A stretch of 64,000 nt of DNA, taken from IMG/VR virus record IMGVR_UViG_3300026521_000161, positions 42,142-106,141 of that record; one strand, written 5' to 3'. The notes under the pieces are model-generated. The model did no database searches. It saw nothing but the letters and a program-made list of their open reading frames with translations, and was not told the origin of the DNA. Origin of the DNA: a virus. This document shows, piece by piece, positions 20,101 through 29,523 of this stretch (positions within the stretch are counted from its first letter, which is position 1; every line of letters begins with the position of its first letter). The position numbers and the translations under genes are program-made.

Positions 20101-20258
20101 ATGAAGAAGATGAAGCTATACTAGATATGGAAAATACAGTTAAAGAAGAACTTAAGTCATCTTTATTAAATAATATTAATTCAAATATGGTTAGTACAGA
20201 TGAAGATAATACGAGTGTGTTAGGTAATATAATAAATAAATTTAAGTTTAAATTATAA
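17169..20258 (+). CDS. SF2 (SNF2-like) helicase containing an intein
   Basis: Walker A GAGQGK|T (split by the intein), DEFH, TGTP, STGV, QSISRAWRIGQ (motif VI). Confidence 0.85.
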   Translation: MEKYKSLKYIYNNRTKRYTIYIDNVDLIKDGIKHIIGRSASRILIIKDKKTQFDIYSFFLLELEHTLETLKETRPDLAVKIGGIVLNDLMSFLKTKTWLAERNHKSVVNVLDYNNIRSVMKYTLLPHQVEVFKKYEVVKRMANLRGFMMDLGAGQGKMEKNGTPVKTPTGWTNIEKLKVGDKVIGSNGRPTTVTGVFPQGRLPLVRLKFEDNRYSDVGHEHLWSVSVNNKWSVMKTSKIMKYIDKGKDIYIPLIDYKVNKNDVVDEHYIHPYLVGVILASGSKVKCINVTIDKEHDKVKSILPEEYSLYKDINTYHDTHNHRLFYNGKGDCKITKQLKKLNIFNGRDIVPALPASYEHGSYLTRVELLNGILNTSGTNTKGNITYTEVKDIKLANVIKRLAWTLGDIASIRKVIRTTRLGYEYTAYVVKIVKEKIIKITGYTELPEHEATCISVSAKNKLYVTKDYIVTHNTFSSLALGEALSYNNVIVIAPSATIDDVWVKSVTKELYKSPQPYFVLNSKNRDYKKERFLIMSYETLDKVNKDKKLLRMLKRLNPMLIVDEFHNFNNIKALRTFNLMEFVKRVDFQDVVLLTGTPVKMSLNELKPMLYILDDKFKSIVDMYDDFYRGRYEMFRNRFDVYRKHVPKDTKSLPPIKISEYRVQIPDSDRFTLKVINEEIKEFKLKRMEEIMSKMDIYESIYEAALNEVFVSMVTSGIKKGEANKLLSDYRKLVKSIRKFNKDKKLYMAQNDIISAREMEKEIILSNLSSKSKKAFKDVISIIKYPELKVLGEALGKVLLGTRIKCYNELAKHINYKNILLLTDKKGIVFSNYVSTCKVAINKATKDGYKPVGVFGDLVEKLPVSVKAFNDLKDKTNPIVATYKSLSTGVPLVAGNIVILLDTPVRNYLLDQSISRAWRIGQDRPVEVLMVKLDTEGKLNITDRDHYILNMSTQNVEMITGNVNPFEIPQQIMIEDDIVDEEDEAILDMENTVKEELKSSLLNNINSNMVSTDEDNTSVLGNIINKFKFKL
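17640..18581 (+). mobile_element. Intein (314 aa, class-3 type) with degenerate LAGLIDADG domain
   Basis: Starts MEKNGTPVKTPTGW, block B GHEHLW, block F ATCISV, ends IVTHN followed by +1 Thr; LAGLIDADG boxes read PYLVGVILASG and LLNGILNTSG. Confidence 0.85.
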
Positions 20259-20275
20259 AAAAAAAATAAAGTAAG

Positions 20276-20301
20276 CCATAGTGAGCGTTAGCTCACTATG
20301 G
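20276..20301. terminator. Hairpin between convergent genes
   Basis: ccatagtgagc-gtta-gctcactatgg. Confidence 0.75.
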
Positions 20302-20303
20302 TG

Positions 20304-21077
20304 TTATTTAAGTTTGTATGCATGTCTTCTAACGTTTGATAGCTCGCCGCACTCTATCTCACGGATTGTGATGTTACCAGCGAAACTTCTACCTAGATAG
20401 TAAGTAGCATCGTCAGTAAATACGATAGTGTCATTTTTCATATTGTTAGGTTTAAGACCAGCGTTTGGTAGCACTGTTGTTGGGTCTAATAATAATAATG
20501 TGTTACCATTTCTTAGTCTACTACTAGTAGGTAACTTAACGTTATCTAACTTCATGAAGTCAAGTTTGTATATAAATAATAATGGGATAACATCATCATC
20601 TACCTTAAAGTAACTCTCCATCTCTTTTAACACATCCTCAGAGAACGATTCTCTGTAAGGGAACTCTACGTTAGATAATAGTTTAGCAAATCTATCATCA
20701 TTACGCATCAGGTTAGATACGAGTTCATTACGATCTTCCTCATAATCACCCATAACTAATCTCGTTTGTGTTACTCTACCTTGCTCACTTGCATGGACAT
20801 CACATAACCCACTAACTAGTTTCTTGTTAACGAAATTAGTCAATGCTGTGTTGTAAAACTTACTTATATCTTTACGAACATCCTCTCTAACAACCGGGAA
20901 GTCTATCTTACTTTCCACCGCATCATCAAGTAGCATATAAGGACCTTTAAGTTCACCTCTTCTCACGTATTTAACAACAACAAATATACCGTTAAGTAAA
21001 ACAGGCTCCCCTACGAGCATTTTGTTTACATCAGCATTTTTAACCATATCTTCTAAACTTTCTACAATGATCTCCAT
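20304..21077 (-). CDS. Hypothetical protein
   Basis: 257-aa ORF, RBS aggag. Confidence 0.7.
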   Translation of the reverse strand: MEIIVESLEDMVKNADVNKMLVGEPVLLNGIFVVVKYVRRGELKGPYMLLDDAVESKIDFPVVREDVRKDISKFYNTALTNFVNKKLVSGLCDVHASEQGRVTQTRLVMGDYEEDRNELVSNLMRNDDRFAKLLSNVEFPYRESFSEDVLKEMESYFKVDDDVIPLLFIYKLDFMKLDNVKLPTSSRLRNGNTLLLLDPTTVLPNAGLKPNNMKNDTIVFTDDATYYLGRSFAGNITIREIECGELSNVRRHAYKLK

Positions 21078-21086
21078 GATCTTCTC

Positions 21087-21680
21087 CTATTTACTTTCTA
21101 CAATAAATTTAAATGTTTTACCATCATTGTCTATGATGATTTTAAGTGTTTCGTCATCACTCATGAACGGTAATAATTCACTACCGTGTTGTGGTTTATA
21201 ACCAGCATCATAAAGACTTATAAGTTTATCACTTATAGTTTCTTTAACTGGTTCAATAATTTCAGGTTCAGGGACTCTTTCTCTGGATCTAGGTTTATAA
21301 TCTCTAGCAGAAGATCTATACTCTCTAGAACTCTCACGAGAGCTTCTACTACCACCTATACCTATAGAAGCAGAACTACTACCACCATATCTTTGCCCTC
21401 CTCTAGACGAACGTCTAGGTTCCTCATAAGAGGCACCAGCTCTGGACGGCATTCTTGGTGGTACGTCGTCGTAATAAGGATCTCTACCATATCCTCTATC
21501 TCTACCACCATAAGCAGGTTCTCTACCTACAGGTGGTCTACCAGCATCTAACGGCCTACCCATATCATCACATTCCACCCAACGATCGTAATCGTCATAT
21601 CTCCAAAATCGATTATAACGATCTACCCATACAACAGGTTGTTTGTATTCGTCCACTAGGAACGGTTCATAATCAGTCAT
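21087..21680 (-). CDS. Early protein with R/G/S/Y-rich disordered central region
   Basis: GGRDRGYGRD, RRSSRGGQRYGG, SRSSRESSREYRSS; aaggag RBS; early-type promoter upstream. Confidence 0.7.
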   Translation of the reverse strand: MTDYEPFLVDEYKQPVVWVDRYNRFWRYDDYDRWVECDDMGRPLDAGRPPVGREPAYGGRDRGYGRDPYYDDVPPRMPSRAGASYEEPRRSSRGGQRYGGSSSASIGIGGSRSSRESSREYRSSARDYKPRSRERVPEPEIIEPVKETISDKLISLYDAGYKPQHGSELLPFMSDDETLKIIIDNDGKTFKFIVESK

Positions 21681-21708
21681 TACGACTCCTTCTTTTTTAT
21701 ATAAAATT

Positions 21709-21735
21709 AGTACACTGTACTATTTGAATAATATG
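21709..21735 (-). promoter_or_regulatory. Putative early promoter with mini hairpin
   Basis: Minus strand CATATTATTCAAAT-AGTACAGTGTACT. Confidence 0.6.
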
Positions 21736-21783
21736 TGGATAAAAAAATGTAGAAATAACGTAGCCGTTAAGCCACGTTATTCT

Positions 21784-24186
21784 TTATTCTATTTTGTCTG
21801 TTGGTTCTTCAGGTTCATCACCATCTTCTGGAGTTTCATCCACATTACCTTCAGTAGATTCATCTTCATTAACTTCTGGAGTTTCTGAACCACCGTCATC
21901 TATGTTATCATCATTATCAAATTCGTTATCTTCTTCCTCTTCTTCTATTTCACCGTTACCTATTTTATCTCTACGTTTATCGAACTTAGATACCATTTTC
22001 TCATTCTCTTTAAGGAACGGTATGATAATCGCATCTAAACTTTTACCAAATACGTTAAAATCAGTTAACAAGTTAAACATAGGTTTACCGTCCTCATCTA
22101 ACGTAAACATCTTAGAGAAATCAGGTAAAACATTATTTTCATCTATATATCTTCTAAGTAACGTATGTTTAATTAAACCCTTAAGATCATCTAAGTCATC
22201 ACCTATAGTACCTAAATAATTAGATGGTATTAAATCACTACTAAATAGTTTATCTATAACGTTATCTAATAACTCTGTATATTTATCTACCATATCAGCA
22301 ACATTAGTTTCCTCTGTCACTTCTGGCTTAGGCAATGTTATTTGTATGCTATCTATAACTCTAGTTATCATATATTCAACGATATCGTCGTCACTAGCTT
22401 TCTTAAGAGCTTCTTTATTAACATCATTGTTATTGTTAACTAAGAATCTTTTCATCTTACTATTAAGCATATCTGATAAAGCGCTACGTAACATACTCTT
22501 GAATTTACCGTCGACTTTTAACTTCTTCTGTATATCTTTTGTTAAAAGTTTTTCATATTTAGATTGTAATTTAAGTATGCGTTTTCTTAATAGTATATTA
22601 TTAGCAATAATGGTTGTAGCGAATTCTGGACTATATCCGTTATCTATCATTTCTGGAGTTAAGTATAAACTAGTTATGATAAGTTTATCTATATCTTCTT
22701 TAAGGGTTTCATCTATTGGGTTTATCTCATTAGCTTTTTCTTCTATATCTATATTTACATCTGGTAATCCAGGATGTTTAAAGTTAAAACTAAATCCTAA
22801 TTTATGAACCCAATCAGTTAGATCATCAACATTTAAGATACCTATAGGCATACTTATCTGTCTGTTCCTAACTATCTCGGCCATGATGGCTTCCATAGAT
22901 TTTTTATATTCTGGATCATCTGGATCTAAGTCCACTTTAACATCTGTAGTAGTTACACTACTTTTTATATATGATAACATCTTAGTAAAAACTAACATAG
23001 CACGCATGCTCATTAATACAGACAATCTTTCTAATAAACTCTCACCCATACCATTTTCTCTAAAATTAATAGCATAGTAACTAACAAGATTAGTAGGTAA
23101 AAATAAAATGTCTATAGGTGTTTTAGAGATGATGCTATCTGCCATATCTAACACTATATCGTCGTCTAACTCGAACTGTAAATCACTAAAGTCTTTATAA
23201 GGACTATTATCTAAGTAACCTTTTAACTTCGTTTTAATAAGTACATCTCTTAATCCGTCTAGTCCCTCTATAGTAGGGGCATCTTGTGTCATAGATTTAA
23301 GACTATTATTAACCTTAGCTATTAGTCCGTCTGAACTTGTAGGGTTACTACTCTTTCCTTGTTTCTTTTTCTTATTTTTTAAAAGAACAAAATACCCATA
23401 GTGTTTACTAGGGTCTTCTTGGCTAGTTATAGGTATTATTTTGTTAGGACTCATCTTCTTGATTATTGGTTTATCGCTACTTATATCAGTGTCGTCCATT
23501 ATACCGAAATGATCATCATGTATCATAAGAGCTTCTAAACCAGGACTAATGCTTTCGCCACTTAGTGTATTATTAACTATGTAGTTAGCTTTTTTCTCAT
23601 TGAGAATGTCTTCTGCTAATATAGATGGGTTAGAAGTAAACTTAAATATTTTATCTTTATCTTCTTTTATGGAATCTATATAATCACCCTGTGACATAAG
23701 CAAACTTTCAACACCAACACTAATGTCACTTTTTATTGTTTTAAACATGTCACTTATATTTTTAGGCGGTATATTAAGTTCTACATAAGCACCCTTCTTA
23801 AATAATGATTCCTCCACTATCTCATTTAACTTATCACTAAGACCATATGTGTTTTCTGCATATGTATCTATCATACCACTTATTAGCGATTGTGCTTCAG
23901 TAGGTAATTTAAACCCACTTAGTTTATATGTTAAACCACCAGTTCCCATATCGTTAGGTGAAGTAACTAATGACGTAACAAGTTCTATAGCTAAATCTAT
24001 ATCTGGGAATATCTCCTGTATATTTTTAACTAAGTTTTCCTGTCCATATCCATGATCGGATAACTTAACTAGTTTTTTAAAATCAACAGCTTCCACTGTT
24101 TTATTAATAGCAGTTGTTTTCTTAGCTATTTTAGGTAACAAACTTTCGTATTGCACGGGTTCTTTTATAGTTCTTGACATTTTCAT
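21784..24186 (-). CDS. Portal protein (phiKZ gp129-like)
   Basis: FPDIDLAIELVTSLVTSPNDM, GAYV, GMGESLL, LDPDDP, PEFATTI; acidic C-tail; VGVES/PGLEA processing-type sites. Confidence 0.75.
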   Translation of the reverse strand: MKMSRTIKEPVQYESLLPKIAKKTTAINKTVEAVDFKKLVKLSDHGYGQENLVKNIQEIFPDIDLAIELVTSLVTSPNDMGTGGLTYKLSGFKLPTEAQSLISGMIDTYAENTYGLSDKLNEIVEESLFKKGAYVELNIPPKNISDMFKTIKSDISVGVESLLMSQGDYIDSIKEDKDKIFKFTSNPSILAEDILNEKKANYIVNNTLSGESISPGLEALMIHDDHFGIMDDTDISSDKPIIKKMSPNKIIPITSQEDPSKHYGYFVLLKNKKKKQGKSSNPTSSDGLIAKVNNSLKSMTQDAPTIEGLDGLRDVLIKTKLKGYLDNSPYKDFSDLQFELDDDIVLDMADSIISKTPIDILFLPTNLVSYYAINFRENGMGESLLERLSVLMSMRAMLVFTKMLSYIKSSVTTTDVKVDLDPDDPEYKKSMEAIMAEIVRNRQISMPIGILNVDDLTDWVHKLGFSFNFKHPGLPDVNIDIEEKANEINPIDETLKEDIDKLIITSLYLTPEMIDNGYSPEFATTIIANNILLRKRILKLQSKYEKLLTKDIQKKLKVDGKFKSMLRSALSDMLNSKMKRFLVNNNNDVNKEALKKASDDDIVEYMITRVIDSIQITLPKPEVTEETNVADMVDKYTELLDNVIDKLFSSDLIPSNYLGTIGDDLDDLKGLIKHTLLRRYIDENNVLPDFSKMFTLDEDGKPMFNLLTDFNVFGKSLDAIIIPFLKENEKMVSKFDKRRDKIGNGEIEEEEEDNEFDNDDNIDDGGSETPEVNEDESTEGNVDETPEDGDEPEEPTDKIE

Positions 24187-24238
24187 CCTTTAGACACCCC
24201 AAGCTTGATTTGAGAAACAATCTATCAAGGAGTTAGTT

Positions 24239-27200
24239 ATGTTTGATATTACTAAATATTTCAAGTCAACTATAGATTTGGTTAATAGCCTTACTATAAA
24301 AATTGATGAAATTAGTAAACATTTCAATTATCAGTACTATATAAAAAATGGTTTGGAAGTACCGATATTTTATAAAGACAAATATTTTCTTAACCTAGCA
24401 GGTATAAGAGGTGAATTAGATCCACAAGTATATATAAGAGATGCTTCGACTGGTACAGATATTGAGATAACAGTAGAGAACTTAAACAATAATATATGGA
24501 TTAAAAGAGAGCTTAATAAGTATGGGGAATTATTTAATTCTTTATGTAATAGTTATCATGGTATGTCTGTGTATATACGAGGTTGTATAAACCCAATAAA
24601 GTTAGATGATCTTAAAGCGACTCCTAATTATAGATTACTATATTTTAATAAAGATTTAATAGCTGATAATGAGCTATATCTTATATCTGAAATTGAACAC
24701 TTTGTTAGTGTGTATATGAATACATACCATAATCCTAACTATATGTTAGATGCCTTGTATTTACCGCAATTATTATTCAATCTTTATCAGTCTTTAGTTA
24801 TGTATATACTAACGAAAAGATTAGAGAATATATTTAGTAATAAAGTGGATAGGTTTCATATAGATAATTTTCTATCTTCTTATAAGAACATTTATGAAGT
24901 TATGGACGTTTTTGATAAACCAACAGAATTATACGTCTATGGTAATATAAGAAGATTTAAAACAAATTTAGGTAAGAACGAGATCTTAGAAGAGATGTTA
25001 TACAAAATATATGATAGGAATAGTTATGGTATCGGAGGACTATCTTTTAATAAGGAAGTACCAGTTCTTATAGAAGACGCTAAAAACGATTATAAACGAG
25101 CTTACTTCGAAGATAAATATAACTTTAGAGTATCTAAAGCTAATAACTCATTATACAATATGGATGGAGTTGAGTTATCTTTAGAAGAAGTTATTAATCT
25201 AGAACATATAGCGGAGTTAGTTAATGATGATAATTTATTATCAGATAGTTATAACATATTAACAAAACAGGAATCTTTCTTTCTAAAAGGTCAGGGCTAT
25301 GATACTAAAACAAAGACATTCTTACTAGATAAACCAGAACGCATATCAACGCACTCTAATAACGTTGTTATATCATCACTTAGTAATATGTTAAGTTACC
25401 TTAATAAGAGTGACTCATTTCTTTATATAGATTATATAAATCCTTATAACCATAAGTTATACAAACTTAATGCTAGCGATATTAAGAATATACTCTTAGC
25501 TAACGTGTTGAATATGTACAAACTAGAAGGTGTCATTACTATCGAATTAGAAGGTATTTATAATGTAAATGCTGATAAAGATTCTATACTTAGTAAAACA
25601 TGGCATAAAGCAGATAATACGAATATCTATGATTTTATAACAGAAAACCCAGATAACACCATGTTGCGTTCTGGTATGATAAAAGAATATTTTACATTAA
25701 TAAATGGTGTAGAGAGACGTATGTGGTACATGATCTCTAATCTAGACGATCTTATGTTAAAGAATGATGTTAGAATAATGTCTAAGTATTTGTTTTTAAC
25801 AGAAACCATGACAGTGGATGTAAATGAAGTTAATAAGTATATAGAAGATAATGATCTAGTTCCATTCACGTTAGATTGTAATCTAACAACTATGATAAGT
25901 TTACTGGAGTTCATAACAGGGTTAGATCTAGAACCAGATAAAAGTGTTATAGATAGGTTTAAAAAGCTTATAGAATTTTTTAATAAAACAACTAGTTACA
26001 CAATACAACTATTATACGATACAGAGTTCAAGCATACGTTTGTTAATAACGTAACTAAAACAAATCTTAATCTAGGATATAAGCCACTTATGGAAGTTAA
26101 AGCGGCAGAGTGGTACAAATACGAGCAGGCTGAGTATATCATACGATCGTATAATATGGAGGCAGATAGTTTAGATATTAAAGATAACCAGATAAACACT
26201 GTGTTTAACATAAGTAAGTCAGTTAGACAACAGTGTTATATGTTACCAGATGATATAATAAAAGATGTTATGCTAATGGGACATAGTTATAGGCGACCTA
26301 TACCATACAGTACATCTAGGTTATCATTAACCAGAGTAAATGATGGTGGTATAGAGACTGTCACTAATACTAAATCGGTTAATATAGTACCTAATGTTAA
26401 GAAAGAACTAAGTGTTAGTTTTATAGAAGATAGCGTTATGTCTACTAATATATTAATATCAGATAGCCCATATAATAGATTTCATGATTATGGTACGCGT
26501 AATGGTTATTTTACTAGCGTCCTAGATAATAATGATATGGATATTAATAATAAAGTATTAGATAGCGTTATAACGTCTATGAGTGGGTCAAAAGTCAGTA
26601 TAGGTGAAGATCGTATAGTAGAGCCATTACCAGTTTATGCTAGACGTAGTTACCATGATTTTATTTCAACACCATCTTCAAAAACTGAACACGCGCTAGA
26701 TAACATGGTTATGTTCTTAGATAAAGAGGTAGAATCTTTAGATGTTAAATACGTTAATCCATTATCTGTTAAATCTATACATGATGATTTTATAAGTTAT
26801 GATTTAACTTCATCTACTCATGAATACATGAGAAGTTTAACGCAGGTTATTACAGGTTTATATTCTACAACTATTCTCGATAATAGCGATTTAAGTTATT
26901 TTAATAAAGACATAGAAACAGTACAAAAGATAACGCAGGGTATTGACGATGTAGAGTATGATGATATAAGTTCTATTAGTCCTAGTGCTGTAAGATATAG
27001 TTATCGTAGTATGTTTAATCCGTCTTCAGGATTTAGAACAGAATATTATAAAGATACTAAGTTTTATATAGAAGATGAAAAACAAGTAGATGTCAGTAAG
27101 TTAAAATATTCGACTGTTTATGCGGATATCATGGAGTTGAATAGTTTCAGATTGGATACCAGTAATCCACTAGTTCTTAAATATAGAACGAATAATGATA

Positions 27201-27694
27201 ATAAATCAGTTATTACTAATGACGATGGTCATATTTTAACAATCGATAATGTTAGTGATTTAGATAATAGAAAACATTATGAAAGTAATGTGGTTAGTAA
27301 AACAGTGGGCATTGATGGTAATATTTTAGACAGTACATTACAAAACGGTAAACCATATGGTAATGGTGTAATACTTACTAATACGGGTATCGATACTATA
27401 GAAGATGACATAGGTAAATATGAAGATGTTAATATAGATAATGATAATAAGAATAAAGATAGTAGTATAGTAGCTAAAGAAGAAACTATTGATATAGATA
27501 TATTAGAAGGTTCTAGTCAGAATGGTAAACCATATGGTAGTAATATTACTACAACAGATACAAGCGTTAATACTACAGATGATGATGTTGTTGTAGAGTT
27601 AGTAACAAAACCTAGTTATAGAAAATATAGCGATACAGAAGTTGAAACGGATATAGAAGATATTATTGTCGATTTAACATTCGAAATAAAGTAA
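24239..27694 (+). CDS. Large baseplate-type structural protein with repetitive C-terminal half
   Basis: LVNSLTIK...KYFLNLAG N-terminus typical of the gene divergent from the portal in phiKZ-like phages; repeated QNGKPYG. Confidence 0.6.
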   Translation: MFDITKYFKSTIDLVNSLTIKIDEISKHFNYQYYIKNGLEVPIFYKDKYFLNLAGIRGELDPQVYIRDASTGTDIEITVENLNNNIWIKRELNKYGELFNSLCNSYHGMSVYIRGCINPIKLDDLKATPNYRLLYFNKDLIADNELYLISEIEHFVSVYMNTYHNPNYMLDALYLPQLLFNLYQSLVMYILTKRLENIFSNKVDRFHIDNFLSSYKNIYEVMDVFDKPTELYVYGNIRRFKTNLGKNEILEEMLYKIYDRNSYGIGGLSFNKEVPVLIEDAKNDYKRAYFEDKYNFRVSKANNSLYNMDGVELSLEEVINLEHIAELVNDDNLLSDSYNILTKQESFFLKGQGYDTKTKTFLLDKPERISTHSNNVVISSLSNMLSYLNKSDSFLYIDYINPYNHKLYKLNASDIKNILLANVLNMYKLEGVITIELEGIYNVNADKDSILSKTWHKADNTNIYDFITENPDNTMLRSGMIKEYFTLINGVERRMWYMISNLDDLMLKNDVRIMSKYLFLTETMTVDVNEVNKYIEDNDLVPFTLDCNLTTMISLLEFITGLDLEPDKSVIDRFKKLIEFFNKTTSYTIQLLYDTEFKHTFVNNVTKTNLNLGYKPLMEVKAAEWYKYEQAEYIIRSYNMEADSLDIKDNQINTVFNISKSVRQQCYMLPDDIIKDVMLMGHSYRRPIPYSTSRLSLTRVNDGGIETVTNTKSVNIVPNVKKELSVSFIEDSVMSTNILISDSPYNRFHDYGTRNGYFTSVLDNNDMDINNKVLDSVITSMSGSKVSIGEDRIVEPLPVYARRSYHDFISTPSSKTEHALDNMVMFLDKEVESLDVKYVNPLSVKSIHDDFISYDLTSSTHEYMRSLTQVITGLYSTTILDNSDLSYFNKDIETVQKITQGIDDVEYDDISSISPSAVRYSYRSMFNPSSGFRTEYYKDTKFYIEDEKQVDVSKLKYSTVYADIMELNSFRLDTSNPLVLKYRTNNDNKSVITNDDGHILTIDNVSDLDNRKHYESNVVSKTVGIDGNILDSTLQNGKPYGNGVILTNTGIDTIEDDIGKYEDVNIDNDNKNKDSSIVAKEETIDIDILEGSSQNGKPYGSNITTTDTSVNTTDDDVVVELVTKPSYRKYSDTEVETDIEDIIVDLTFEIK

Positions 27695-27696
27695 AC

Positions 27697-27726
27697 ATAG
27701 TATATAGGGCTATCCCTATATACTAT
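27697..27726. terminator. Hairpin between convergent genes
   Basis: atagtatataggg-ctat-ccctatatactat. Confidence 0.75.
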
Positions 27727-28391
27727 AAGTTTATTTTTAAATGCATACCGTTAAAGTATGATTTTAATGTTTTTGTAGATGTGACTCCTGTAGAATATTC
27801 TTCCACAAATTCATTACTAACATTACCATATTTTAATAAAGCCTGTTTCATAGCACGCATACTACCCTCATCGCCACCTCTATATTTTATGAACTCCTTA
27901 ACACTTTCATCCATTCCCATAGATACTAATAACTGTAACTCTGGATAAGATATAGACGATGATTTAGAAGGACCACTAACTTGCCCAGTTAATATATCTC
28001 TAACTTTATCACTTTCACTAACACTTAAACCTTTAGCTATAGTTTGTTTCATTCTACGCATTGGCGCTAAATGAACCATAACAGGATATTTAGTTTTACG
28101 TCTAGGGTCATTGTCAGTCGGTCCTATCAATAGTTTAGGGAAGAAGTTATGACCTAAATCTTCACCAACTTTCATATTGTTCTTGACACTAACCTTAGTA
28201 TCTTCTATACCATGTCTTATGATAACAGGTAAGATAAATTCGCCATCTCTTAACTTAGACATAAACTCATCAAATTCCTTATTATTCATCTTCTTGAACA
28301 TATCTTTATATAACTCTACGTTATGATCAGTTACAGTTAACTTCTTTATATTCTTTAGTATAAATTCTTCTACTTCTTTTCTTTTACTCAT
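27723..28391 (-). CDS. Virion RNA polymerase beta-subunit C-terminal fragment (phiKZ gp149-like)
   Basis: RRMKQ, DILTGQV, SISYPELQLL, KYRGGD motifs. Confidence 0.8.
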   Translation of the reverse strand: MSKRKEVEEFILKNIKKLTVTDHNVELYKDMFKKMNNKEFDEFMSKLRDGEFILPVIIRHGIEDTKVSVKNNMKVGEDLGHNFFPKLLIGPTDNDPRRKTKYPVMVHLAPMRRMKQTIAKGLSVSESDKVRDILTGQVSGPSKSSSISYPELQLLVSMGMDESVKEFIKYRGGDEGSMRAMKQALLKYGNVSNEFVEEYSTGVTSTKTLKSYFNGMHLKINL

Positions 28392-28416
28392 GAAAAAATC
28401 CTTTACCTATATACCG

Positions 28417-29142
28417 TTAGATTAACGGTATATAGATTTTATCAACATCTTGCGACCCAACATACATAACACTATAAAAACCATTACTAGTTTGTAGTAG
28501 TGTATGGAACGGTAACTCTTTTGGATCCCATGCAGTAAATGCACTTGTATCTAAAACTAATAAAGGTAATAAGCTTTCCTCATTATACAGACTGCCTCCA
28601 TCTATATCGAGTTTGTGTCTATTCGGTATACTACGTACCTTAACGCCCTTAAGCTCGATAGTTTTGATAGTTACTGTGTCTCCGAAATCTGTATCAGGTG
28701 TAGCTAAGTTAAATAACCTACGGTTAGGACCCATACTTAATACTTCTTGATTAGAAACATTGTCATATACAGCTGGAAATAGACTAACCTTGCTATTAAC
28801 ACTTAAACCCTTAAGATAGTCAGATGTTACAGTTTGTGAGACAGGCATCGTTGTCACATATCCTGTTGTATCTGGTACAAAATATAATGAATATAGACCA
28901 GCTACTTTAGACTCAAGATTGACTAACTTTTTAAGCTCTATATCACCATTATATAATCCATGATTCATATCTAAATTATCAACTGTTTCCGTTAGGATAG
29001 TTTTATTATCTATAAAACTATCAGGAAACGTTAGGAATGGTAATGTATCTAAGCTTTTAAAAACTATATCTAAATCACTATCATCTTTAACTAGATTACC
29101 ATCACTATCTAATGCTCCTACTTTTACTTTATTTAAACTCAT
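28417..29142 (-). CDS. Hypothetical protein
   Basis: 241-aa ORF in operon with recA. Confidence 0.7.
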   Translation of the reverse strand: MSLNKVKVGALDSDGNLVKDDSDLDIVFKSLDTLPFLTFPDSFIDNKTILTETVDNLDMNHGLYNGDIELKKLVNLESKVAGLYSLYFVPDTTGYVTTMPVSQTVTSDYLKGLSVNSKVSLFPAVYDNVSNQEVLSMGPNRRLFNLATPDTDFGDTVTIKTIELKGVKVRSIPNRHKLDIDGGSLYNEESLLPLLVLDTSAFTAWDPKELPFHTLLQTSNGFYSVMYVGSQDVDKIYIPLI

Positions 29143-29151
29143 GATGTTTCC

Positions 29152-29523
29152 TTATATTAAATCATTTTTAATAAGTGTCGGTATAATATGTTTAGACACG
29201 ACTCTCTTCCATTGTTTTAGCTCAGACGTATATGATAACAGAACGACCATAGGCGTTAAGTTAATGTCATTGCTAGAACACAGTTTCAAAACATGTGTTA
29301 GCAATGCTCTGTTTAAAGTAACCCTTTGTACATAATCATTTTTAAAAAGGATGTTCTTATCATATTGACCAACGCTTTTATAAAGCCTATCTCTTATATC
29401 TTTTTTTTCTATTTTACTAAGAACATCATTTATAACTGTTCCTTGTTTAACATTTTTACTTAATAGTTCCTCAGCGTTCTTTCTTAGATTCTCTTGTAAC
29501 TCTATAAAGTTAGTTGTCTCCAT
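29152..29523 (-). CDS. Hypothetical protein
   Basis: 123-aa ORF, ggagg RBS inside the recA 3' end. Confidence 0.7.
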   Translation of the reverse strand: METTNFIELQENLRKNAEELLSKNVKQGTVINDVLSKIEKKDIRDRLYKSVGQYDKNILFKNDYVQRVTLNRALLTHVLKLCSSNDINLTPMVVLLSYTSELKQWKRVVSKHIIPTLIKNDLI

